A stretch of DNA of 32,000 bases from Nostoc sp. PCC 7120 = FACHB-418 (GCF_000009705.1 NC_003240.1:150001-182000); one strand, 5' to 3'. Shown: positions 9,244 through 16,706, counted from the first letter of the stretch. Program-made: numbers and translations. The notes: generated from the sequence alone by a model not told the origin.

Positions 9244-10152
9244 TTAAGCAGCTATATCTTCAGATGGTAAATTTGCATCTTGGTTTTTAGCTTTTTCTTT
9301 TTCTTCGTTTTCTCTAAGCTCTTTAGACTTTTCCACAACTGCTGGGTAGTAACAGTCATCTGGTTGTATATCAAAACCCAATAAATTAAATGCTGGCTTA
9401 ATTTGCGTTTCAAACTCACCAAGCCAAGATTTAATTCTTGACTTAATTACAATATTTGTTTCTTTATGAGTCTGACCTTCATTAAAGGTTAAAGCATGAC
9501 GGTCAAGAAAGTCATAAGATTTGTAGAATAAATCTGGCATTACAAGTTCTATCAGACCTTCTGCAAGCATATTCTGACGTAGAGAAGAGTCATTATATCG
9601 CTCAAACTTTTCTTCTTCACCATGAAATAGATTTTTGACTACAATATAATCTACTTGGTCTTTACAAAGTTCACGAAGTTTTTCTAAAACATTTATAGAG
9701 TCAAGAACTCTACTAATCACTGAAACCATTGTCACTCGACAATTAATTTCAGTTTTCAGAACTTCAAAAAATGCAAGCTCTTTGACATAACTTTCAAAGA
9801 AACCTCCAGATTGTGCAGGTAAGTCTAATAATGTGATAGGACAATCACTCTCATCTAGATTAATTAATAAATCATCAGCACCACCTCTATGAAAAATATC
9901 AATATAACGTATTATAGGGCGGTAATCTTTTTGAAAATATCTTTCTATCTGAGGATTTCTCAAGTCAGCTTCATAAGCAACACAGGGTAAATTTTTATTA
10001 ATGTAAAGTTGAAATATTGCTCGTGCAAAGGTACTTTTACCCACGCCACCTTTATCACCTGTTATAATTATCAGTCGCTTTTGAGGCTTATCATTAGTAT
10101 TGGAGGAAGTACTGTTTGACATGGCTGGTTGTTCTTTATTTTTTCTGGACAT
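9244..10152 (-). CDS. TraL-like (IncP Tra1-type) / ParA-MinD superfamily P-loop NTPase
   Basis: Deviant Walker A IIITGDKGGVGKST. The rest of the layout (LLDLPAQ; VVKNLFHG; ALTFNEG...IVIKSRIKSW) recalls RP4 TraL (VVWLNPYWG; LTFDQAL...IMTRQRLK). Confidence 0.75.
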   Translation of the reverse strand: MSRKNKEQPAMSNSTSSNTNDKPQKRLIIITGDKGGVGKSTFARAIFQLYINKNLPCVAYEADLRNPQIERYFQKDYRPIIRYIDIFHRGGADDLLINLDESDCPITLLDLPAQSGGFFESYVKELAFFEVLKTEINCRVTMVSVISRVLDSINVLEKLRELCKDQVDYIVVKNLFHGEEEKFERYNDSSLRQNMLAEGLIELVMPDLFYKSYDFLDRHALTFNEGQTHKETNIVIKSRIKSWLGEFETQIKPAFNLLGFDIQPDDCYYPAVVEKSKELRENEEKEKAKNQDANLPSEDIAA

Positions 10153-10460
10153 AATATTATTTACAAAGTAACTAAACTTTGTTGTGTTAGGTTAATGTCA
10201 ATCTAAATTTTTAAGTTGTAAACAAAAATCAATAAGTTAATGAAATAAAAAAATCAGCAACTATATTGCTCAATAAAATTTTCCTAATTTATTTTGAATA
10301 AACTACTTTGAGTATGCAACCTCTCGCTCAAAAAGCCAAGCAACAAAATTCCACATTAAAACAACATTTGTTGATATGTAAATTAGTCATAAATTTTATG
10401 TCGTTTAAAGTAACTTGACTTTCAAAAAGGGCATTATGATATTTTGATCGGAAATAATCT

Positions 10461-11420
10461 ATGAGTGAAGTACGAGCTGATTATGATGGTGCTTGGAAGG
10501 AAGGTGTAGAACAATATTTTGAAGCGTTTCTTGCATTTTTCTTTCCAGAGATTCAAGCAGAAATTGATTGGGAACGAGGCTATGATTTTCTCGATCAAGA
10601 ATTGCAACAATTGATAAGAGAATCTGAAATTGGTAAACAATTTGTCGATAAACTAATCAAAGTTTGGCTAAAAGATGGAAAGGAAACTTGGTTGCTGATT
10701 CACCTGGAAATCCAAAGTCAAGTAGATACGAACTTCCCTAAACGGATGTTTTCTTACCACTACAGAATCTTTGACCGTTATAACCAAGAAGTTGTTAGCT
10801 TGGCAATTCTGGGGGATAATCAAGCAAACTGGCGACCGCAAGAATATAGTTATGGTCGTTGGGGATGTCACTTGAGTCTTCAGTTTCCCATTGTAAAACT
10901 ACTGGACTATGAATCTCGTTGGTCAGAATTAGAACAAAGTGATAGTCCTTTTGCTGTACTGGTGATGGCGCACCTGCGGACACAAGCGACAACTCAAGAT
11001 TTAGCAGGCCGATTGCAGTGGAAGTTGAGCTTAATTAAACGAATGTATGAGTTAGGCTATAGTAGAGACAAAATCCAGCAAATCTTCCGGTTGCTAGATA
11101 GATTAATGACTCTACCGCCAGAGTTAGACTTAAATTTCAAAGCAGAATTAGAGCGTTTTGAGGCTGAACAAGAAATGACATACATGACAAGTATAGAACG
11201 CATAGGTATAGCAGAAGCTACCCAGAAATATATTGCTCAAATCCTAACAATTCGATTTAAAGATATTCCTACTGAATTAGTAGAAAAATTAAATAAATTA
11301 TATGACATTGAGTTATTGAATCAATTGTTAGAAAAAGCAGTAACTACAGGTTCAATATCTGAGTTTGAGCAACAATTAAGTCAGGAAGATACAAACACAG
11401 ATAATAAAACCAGCAGATAA
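10461..11420 (+). CDS. Rpn/YhgA-like PD-(D/E)XK recombination-promoting nuclease / putative transposase with a DUF4351-like C-terminal domain
   Basis: The N-terminus (DYDGAWKEGVEQYFEAFLAFFFPEI...DWERGYDFLDQELQQL) and WLLIHLEIQSQ (the ExQ variant of ExK) are typical of the abundant cyanobacterial Rpn-type family. The C-terminal MTYMTSIERIG... matches the DUF4351-type tail. Confidence 0.85.
   Translation: MSEVRADYDGAWKEGVEQYFEAFLAFFFPEIQAEIDWERGYDFLDQELQQLIRESEIGKQFVDKLIKVWLKDGKETWLLIHLEIQSQVDTNFPKRMFSYHYRIFDRYNQEVVSLAILGDNQANWRPQEYSYGRWGCHLSLQFPIVKLLDYESRWSELEQSDSPFAVLVMAHLRTQATTQDLAGRLQWKLSLIKRMYELGYSRDKIQQIFRLLDRLMTLPPELDLNFKAELERFEAEQEMTYMTSIERIGIAEATQKYIAQILTIRFKDIPTELVEKLNKLYDIELLNQLLEKAVTTGSISEFEQQLSQEDTNTDNKTSR
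11087..11206 (+). repeat. Direct repeat copy A (inside the Rpn-like gene, spanning its internal ATG at 11175)
   Basis: Hand alignment with 11464-11583 gives 113 of 120 identical positions. Confidence 0.9.
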
Positions 11421-11458
11421 AACGCTTCTCTAGTCGGAGTAAAGGCAAAGTCATTTAA

Positions 11459-11539
11459 TTACTCCAGTTGCTAGATAGATTAATGACTCTACCGCCGGAG
11501 TTAGACTTAAATTTTAAAGCCGAATTAGAGCGTTTTTAG
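11459..11539 (+). pseudogene. Remnant of a second Rpn-like gene (only the linker before the C-terminal domain remains), closed by an in-frame TAG
   Basis: It translates to LLQLLDRLMTLPPELDLNFKAELERF*, versus FRLLDRLMTLPPELDLNFKAELERFEAEQE in the intact gene. The TAG at 11537-11539 replaces GAG, and no upstream nuclease domain is present. Confidence 0.75.
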
Positions 11540-11583
11540 GCTGAACAAGAAATGACATACATGACTAGCATAGAACGCATAGG
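11464..11583 (+). repeat. Direct repeat copy B
   Basis: See copy A. The offset is 377 bp. Identity falls sharply after position 11583 and rises again near the 3' end (tctgagtttgRgcaacaattaagtca). Confidence 0.9.
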
Positions 11584-11779
11584 CAGAGCGCAGGCTATCC
11601 AGGAGTCGATCGCTGAAGTTCTAGAAGCTAGATTTAATCAAGTTACCCTTGAATTGATTGAGCAAGTAAATAAAATTTATGAGCTTGATAAACTCAAGCA
11701 GTTGTTGAGACGGGCTAGTATTACAGAGTCAATTTCTGAGTTTGGGCAACAATTAAGTCAAGAAAATACAGATACATAG
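11552..11779 (+). CDS. Stand-alone DUF4351-like small protein (C-terminal domain of an Rpn-like protein expressed on its own)
   Basis: 75-aa ORF starting at the ATG exactly homologous to the internal M239 of the neighbouring Rpn-like gene (MTYMTSIERIG in both). Protein-level similarity continues through to ISEFxQQLSQE. Confidence 0.6.
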   Translation: MTYMTSIERIGRAQAIQESIAEVLEARFNQVTLELIEQVNKIYELDKLKQLLRRASITESISEFGQQLSQENTDT

Positions 11780-11847
11780 TTTTAAAGTTGCACGGAACGC
11801 TGGCCGTATAGTCATAAATTCTAACTACCAGCTAACTTTGTTTGCTT

Positions 11848-12165
11848 TCAAATACAAATTAATTCTCCAATCAAATCCGCTGCTCGTTCTCCATATTTTT
11901 GTTGAATAGCGTCCCTGTGCGGCAAGCAATCTTCACTTAAAAAGTCGCGGATAAATAGAGAAAAATTAAATCCTCTTTTCGAGTCCACATATTCTGCTAA
12001 TTCAATATTAAACAACGATTTAAATTCATCCTCTCTTTGTTTGAGTGCTGAATATTTAGTTAAATTGTTGGCTTGGAAGATTGGTTCAACTGCTTGATTA
12101 AACAGTTTTTCCATTAAGATATCTTTCATATTTTCTTCTATATTTTTGTACCAAATTTTACTCAC
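11848..12165 (-). CDS. Hypothetical protein downstream of the replication gene
   Basis: 105-aa ORF, co-directional with and 87 nt downstream of the 12252-14447 ORF. No motif recognised. Confidence 0.5.
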   Translation of the reverse strand: MSKIWYKNIEENMKDILMEKLFNQAVEPIFQANNLTKYSALKQREDEFKSLFNIELAEYVDSKRGFNFSLFIRDFLSEDCLPHRDAIQQKYGERAADLIGELICI

Positions 12166-12251
12166 AAGTATAATAACTTCTGTAAAGCTGAATCACCTCT
12201 TTTTGTGCAGTTAAAATCCAAAATAACGAACATCTTACCGCCTGATGTCCC

Positions 12252-14447
12252 TCATCTTTCCCAAAATTTTTCGCTCTCCAACTCCAAGGAAAATGGTAAA
12301 CATCCAGGATTGGCAGCCGCCCACTCGTTAGCTTCTGCAATTAAAGTTTCGTTACCCGAATCGAGGTAGAATTGCATTTTGGCACGTTGCTCTAAGCGAT
12401 CGCGTTCCTGAGTGCTGAGAATATGTCTCGTGATTACGCAGTATTGGCGCACCTTAGTCCTAGCTTGGGTTAAAGCCATTAACCGTAGTTTTGTCGCTCG
12501 CTTGAGTTCCTCGATGCGGTAGGAAACATCAGCAATCTCTTCACCAACAGATGCACTCTGCCGCCCATTGTTGGCAATTTCCTGTGGTGGTTCTGGTGCA
12601 ACCGCAGCAGGTATCGAAACTACACCCTGCCCATTATCTTCTGTGTTAGATAAGTTTTGATTATCAACTCTTGACGACGTGCCGAGGCTAGAAGGGTATA
12701 TAAAATCCTGATGAAAACTGAATTCATTTGGGTGTAAAATGTCTGTATGAACTGAATTCTCTAATTGATTGCTGGTTTTATTTAAATTAATTTCAGCAGT
12801 ATTAGAAGAATTTATGAATTCAAGATTTTCCACAGGCTGGACGACAGCTGAGTCTTGCTGAGAAACATCGGGTTGTCCAACTACCCCTGCTGACTCCAGC
12901 CCTTGGGGGGCTGTAGCAGCAGGAAGTAAACAGAAAACCTTCATATAGGGAAAATGCCCGTAATTATCGATTTTATTAGGGGTTCTAACATTTTGAATTG
13001 AAAATGAGTTTTGAAAACTATTAAGTTGCCCGTTCTCTATTGATTGATAAGGGTTTGAGCTATTTTCTGCCCAAGGGTCTAAAATATAGCGTGTGGGATG
13101 CCACAAATGTAAGTGCTTTTGTAGTGTCTCTTGAGAGATAGTTTTGTTAAAGCGGCGTTTATACTCAGCACGTATAGCTTTTGCCCGTTCAGTAGCACCT
13201 GCTGGTAATCCACTATCCCACTCTATTGCTCTTACTACTATCTGGATGCGTCGTTGGGCTTGTTGACTGCGTTCCCAGTTCTGTTGGTGGCGACGGTCAA
13301 ATGGAATTACGTTATCTTTAGGTTGATCAATGCTACTAACACCTGCTATGGCTTCTGCAAATGTGTTGGTGAATGTACCCAACAGCCGTTCGGGATAACT
13401 AACGTAGGCACTGTACCATTTGTTACGAATCGTGCATTCTACCCAATGCCGTACTCTAGCTTCGATTTCATGTTTGTGTCGGCAATATTGCTTATAGCCA
13501 GGGGCGTTAATTGCGGTGGAGAGGCAAAATTCGACTAATTTATCGCCTCTTAAGTCTAGAAAGACGATTCCGTAGCCTGCAAAGATTTGTAGGAGGGTGT
13601 TTGTTTGTCCTTGTCCTGTCCAACCGATCGCAATTGTTTCTTCCCAGTTGGCACGCCACTGTGCAGCATCAGCAGACTCTTGCTTACGATATCTCTCCTG
13701 TGCAATTTGTTTTTTGGCCTTGTTTGCTACCCGTTTTAATTTGGTTAAATCTTGCCGACTGGCCGCACGATCGCAATAGTCAAGGAAGATAGAAACGGAA
13801 TCGCTAATAGCTTGTAAGTCATCATCAAGTAAAAATGACCCACTACCCGGTTGCATGGGACAACGGATGGCTTTGTAGTTGGTTATTTGTTTGGCACTAT
13901 ATGGTTTAGTATTGGGAAAGATTTCTAGGTGTCCTTGGCGCAAGATAAAGCCTGCATTTCTCAAGGTAATCTCTAGAGCGCAGGCTAAGGCAAAGGTAGG
14001 CAGGTGAGATGCAAAGTTTAAAATCAAGTGATAGCCACCACTAAAGCTGGACTGGAGAATGACAATATCAACTATGCCAATGTCCTCTAGTGCCGCTTTG
14101 ATGCGATTTATAGATTCAATGTTATGGTAGTCGCCAAAGAAGTCTAAATCGATAGTGGCGTAACGGGTTGTGTTGTCAAAGCGCAGACCTACTAATTTTG
14201 ACTTATCTTGGTGCAGCTTCCACAGTTGGGAGGGTTGCAGGTAATAATCGATAGTGCGCCATGCTGGTTTTGCACCTTCTACTAAAGAAGGGGCAACTAT
14301 CGCCCCAAATGGATGCCAAAAACGCTCTACGTAGCGTTTACCCACAGATTCTGAGGGTAAATGGGGTTTGATTTTCTTTTTTGAAAGCTGTGAAAGACTT
14401 AATGGGGGCTTGTTATCAACATCTGCCCCGAAATCTTCTTGGAACAT
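12252..14447 (-). CDS. Plasmid replication protein with an N-terminal archaeo-eukaryotic primase (AEP) primase-polymerase-like domain
   Basis: RYATIDLDFF (DxD) followed about 45 aa later by QSSFSGGYHLILNF, the sGG.H motif of Prim-Pol domains. A long low-complexity S/N/Q linker and a helical C-terminal region follow. Upstream is a structured, repeat-bearing non-coding region. Confidence 0.6.
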   Translation of the reverse strand: MFQEDFGADVDNKPPLSLSQLSKKKIKPHLPSESVGKRYVERFWHPFGAIVAPSLVEGAKPAWRTIDYYLQPSQLWKLHQDKSKLVGLRFDNTTRYATIDLDFFGDYHNIESINRIKAALEDIGIVDIVILQSSFSGGYHLILNFASHLPTFALACALEITLRNAGFILRQGHLEIFPNTKPYSAKQITNYKAIRCPMQPGSGSFLLDDDLQAISDSVSIFLDYCDRAASRQDLTKLKRVANKAKKQIAQERYRKQESADAAQWRANWEETIAIGWTGQGQTNTLLQIFAGYGIVFLDLRGDKLVEFCLSTAINAPGYKQYCRHKHEIEARVRHWVECTIRNKWYSAYVSYPERLLGTFTNTFAEAIAGVSSIDQPKDNVIPFDRRHQQNWERSQQAQRRIQIVVRAIEWDSGLPAGATERAKAIRAEYKRRFNKTISQETLQKHLHLWHPTRYILDPWAENSSNPYQSIENGQLNSFQNSFSIQNVRTPNKIDNYGHFPYMKVFCLLPAATAPQGLESAGVVGQPDVSQQDSAVVQPVENLEFINSSNTAEINLNKTSNQLENSVHTDILHPNEFSFHQDFIYPSSLGTSSRVDNQNLSNTEDNGQGVVSIPAAVAPEPPQEIANNGRQSASVGEEIADVSYRIEELKRATKLRLMALTQARTKVRQYCVITRHILSTQERDRLEQRAKMQFYLDSGNETLIAEANEWAAANPGCLPFSLELESEKFWER
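12539..12548 (+). repeat. Copy of the decamer CTTCACCAAC (inside the 3' part of the rep gene)
   Basis: Exact match to the decamers at 14662-14671 and 14841-14850. Confidence 0.6.
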
Positions 14448-14457
14448 GAGTGACTGT

Positions 14458-14583
14458 CCTGATGGTTTTCGTGCATCAGGTAGCCTCGCTGTTGGTCAAA
14501 ATGTGTTAGCCTAAATTTGAAATTTTTGTTTTATTAAGAAGCGGTTGGTTATCCGCTTGTTGGAGACGACTGGTAATCGTCTC
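14458..14583 (-). promoter_or_regulatory. Hairpin-rich leader of the replication gene (three stem-loops; the proximal one overlaps the likely Shine-Dalgarno sequence)
   Basis: Three stem-loops are visible. (1) CCTGAT(14458-63)/ATCAGG(14475-80), whose minus-strand arm contains AGGA roughly a dozen nt upstream of the ATG. (2) AAGCGG(14539-44)/CCGCTT(14553-58). (3) GAGACGA(14563-69)/TCGTCTC(14577-83). Confidence 0.45.
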
Positions 14584-14661
14584 ATGGTTGAAAGCAAACA
14601 GAGGTTATACTTGTTTAGGCTTAGACATACGTAGGCTTAGGCTAAGATTTAGTCCAACACG

Positions 14662-14671
14662 CTTCACCAAC
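14662..14671 (+). repeat. Decamer CTTCACCAAC, copy in the rep-parB intergenic region
   Basis: Exact decamer. Nearby are the repeats TAGGCTTAG at 14615-14623 and 14631-14639, plus the inverted TTAGCCTAA at 14506-14514. Confidence 0.6.
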
Positions 14672-14820
14672 AACAATGCGGCTACCCAACTTTTTTTTGA
14701 GAGCTATTTAAAGTAAGTTCTAACGAAGTTGTGACTAAATCTAGAAGAGACTTTTGGAATAAGAATACAAAGCTAGTAACACCTAAAAGTGTCACCAAAA
14801 ACTGGCAGAGGTTAGTACAA

Positions 14821-14850
14821 TTGGTGAAGATGAAATTACACTTCACCAAC
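14821..14850. repeat. Palindrome TTGGTGAAG-N11-CTTCACCAA(C), built from the same decamer
   Basis: The 9-bp arms at 14821-14829 and 14841-14849 are perfectly complementary. Candidate protein-binding site (Rep iteron or ParB-type site). Confidence 0.55.
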
Positions 14851-15001
14851 GAATTTAAAAACAAAAAACAGTCAAATATATCCATACGAGTCCAGCACCC
14901 AAAAAATGAACCCGTACTGCAATCAGTATTGAGATGCTAATCTATTAGGTAACATTAAATTGTGGGATAAATTCTCTGCTAGATTAACTGCTCACAGCTA
15001 C

Positions 15002-16186
15002 CTATGCAGCACGAACATTACCCTTTTTTCTATTTGTAGACACTTCCATTGCTTTCATTTGGTTCTTATAATCCTCCCAAGTTTTTTCAAATACGTCAGA
15101 CTCGTACATCCGCAATAAAACCTCCTCTTTATCAGTTAAATTTGGTAGTTTTAACAACTCCGCTAAAGACACTTGAACTGGAAAAACATCCCTAAATTTT
15201 TCCATTAAGTGAAGTATTCTTTCTCTCTGTTCCGCAGATGGTTCGTCTTGCAACTCTGCATAAATCTGTCGCGGACGTAGATTCACAATTTCTAAGTTCA
15301 TGTTTACTAAATTCCTCAATCCAAAGACAACAAATTCATTAGTTATACCTATAACACGCCCCACAATTTCCAACTCTGTCCGCAGTCTTTTCTTAAATTG
15401 ATATACTTGACCAACTTGGAAACGCCGAAACGGATTGCGATCGCCATTCCGCATCCAAGCGATACCATCACTTATACTACCTATCTCATCCGCTTCAATC
15501 AGGTCTATAACCTGGTCACAGATATCTTGATTGCAAACAAACTTGTACGCTGCATCAATACTTCGGTTAAATTCCGCCTCCAGTGCCACAACTGCCTTAA
15601 ATTTTTGAAGTTCTCTTAATTGAGAAATAAAATCAAATACTTTCTTACCCTTGTGATAACTACCAACACTTATCCTTAGATTCTCTGAAACCTCCCGAAT
15701 CACAGGTTTACCTTTTTTTAATTGAGAGTTACTCTCATCTATCGAAGTGTTCAAATTTGAATACTTCGATTCATTCAAACGACGAGCGCTTTCCCTCTGT
15801 CTTTCTTTCGCTTGGGGACGAAGTACGCTCTCCCAGTACTGCCCCTCATGAAATTTCTGGTAATGAGTCTTCCCTCCTTCCCGGTGGAGATTAAAGTCAA
15901 GCACTAGTTTCAAATCTTCTTCAGGCGAGCCAGACTCGACAAATTCCACTTTCACAGCAGAAATTCCCAACTGGCGAGCTATCTGCAATCGGCACTTACC
16001 TGCCAAGACCACATTTACACCAGTACGTGCAGTTACCTTCAAAGATTCCAGAATCCCTTTTTCCGAGATACTTTTTTCCAAAGCTGGACGATTCTCATTT
16101 TCACCATAGATTTCTATCAGCTTCGGATGAACAACTAACTCCGCAGGAGAAATATATACAATTGCCGGATTATGCACCTCAGACAT
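15002..16186 (-). CDS. ParB N-terminal (ParB/sulfiredoxin) domain protein
   Basis: ISPAELVVHPKLIEIYG...LEKSISEKGILESLKV...VVLAGKCRLQIARQLGISAVKVEFV fits the ParB-N box layout (GxxRxxAa..lG). The roughly 280-aa C-terminal part is unassigned. Confidence 0.8.
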   Translation of the reverse strand: MSEVHNPAIVYISPAELVVHPKLIEIYGENENRPALEKSISEKGILESLKVTARTGVNVVLAGKCRLQIARQLGISAVKVEFVESGSPEEDLKLVLDFNLHREGGKTHYQKFHEGQYWESVLRPQAKERQRESARRLNESKYSNLNTSIDESNSQLKKGKPVIREVSENLRISVGSYHKGKKVFDFISQLRELQKFKAVVALEAEFNRSIDAAYKFVCNQDICDQVIDLIEADEIGSISDGIAWMRNGDRNPFRRFQVGQVYQFKKRLRTELEIVGRVIGITNEFVVFGLRNLVNMNLEIVNLRPRQIYAELQDEPSAEQRERILHLMEKFRDVFPVQVSLAELLKLPNLTDKEEVLLRMYESDVFEKTWEDYKNQMKAMEVSTNRKKGNVRAA

Positions 16187-16582
16187 TATTAATACTCCGG
16201 GTCACAAATTGTCTAAAAAGATAAGTTCAATTTTGAAAAGCCCAAGCAGAAAACCAGAATAACTCAAGCAGCAAGACTTACAGCACTTTCATCCACTAGA
16301 GAAAGTGATATTATTAAAAATAATTAATTTTTGTAAAAAGTAAAGGATTAGCTACCAGAAAAACTATTGAAGAAAATTTTCCAGTCAGCAAACTATTATT
16401 CCCAACCCATTGAAAACTAATACGACTGAAGATATATTTAACGCACTGGTATTTGGGAAAAAAACATCTATCCAAAGAAAGATTTGTAAAACTATGTAAA
16501 CTCATGATATGATTGCTCTAGTTAGTTAAATTGACAAAACGATGTCCCGCCCTGTTCTAGTAACAGGTAGGCTTGTTTTTTC

Positions 16583-16613
16583 CTCAAAGCCCTGGTGCAA
16601 ACAGGGCTTTGAG
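16583..16613 (+). terminator. Perfect 12-bp stem hairpin (CTCAAAGCCCTG-GTGCAAA-CAGGGCTTTGAG) followed by CGAGTTTTT
   Basis: The stem was read directly from the sequence. The U-tract is interrupted and no plus-strand gene ends just upstream, so a terminator role is uncertain. Confidence 0.3.
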
Positions 16614-16706
16614 CGAGTTTTTAAGCAAAATGAACGCTACAAAAAAAGTATACCAGTCTTGATTCCATTTGGCAAAATTGTACAGTAAAGAGGGGTAAAT
16701 TTTTAG

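Noticed and set aside
10410-10445. TTGACT hexamer (about 10416) upstream of the Rpn-like gene, considered as a sigma-70-type -35 box
   Set aside because: No convincing -10 hexamer lies at 16-18 bp spacing (GATATT or TATGAT only at off-spacing). That is too weak to annotate as a promoter.
10434-10992. Minus-strand ORFs 10434-10640, 10668-10871 and 10795-10992
   Set aside because: They overlap the Rpn-like gene, whose family-typical N-terminus is unmistakable. They are shadow ORFs.
12158-13792. ORFs 12158-12340 (-), 13254-13538 (+), 13511-13792 (+) and 13597-13779 (+)
   Set aside because: They lie within or overlap the 731-aa replication gene. Their composition is non-protein-like, and 12158-12340 straddles the rep stop without any coupling signal.
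14682-14940. ORFs 14682-14885 (-) and 14731-14940 (+, GTG start, very basic) in the rep-parB spacer
   Set aside because: They are mutually exclusive overlapping frames in AT-rich DNA that also carries the decamer palindrome, and I see no RBS or motif. I treat the region as regulatory. A small basic protein cannot be fully excluded.
16314-16505. 63-aa minus-strand ORF in the spacer between the ParB-like and HTH genes
   Set aside because: The sequence is low-complexity and F/L/N-rich in a very AT-rich spacer, with no motif. It is probably promoter DNA for the divergent genes.
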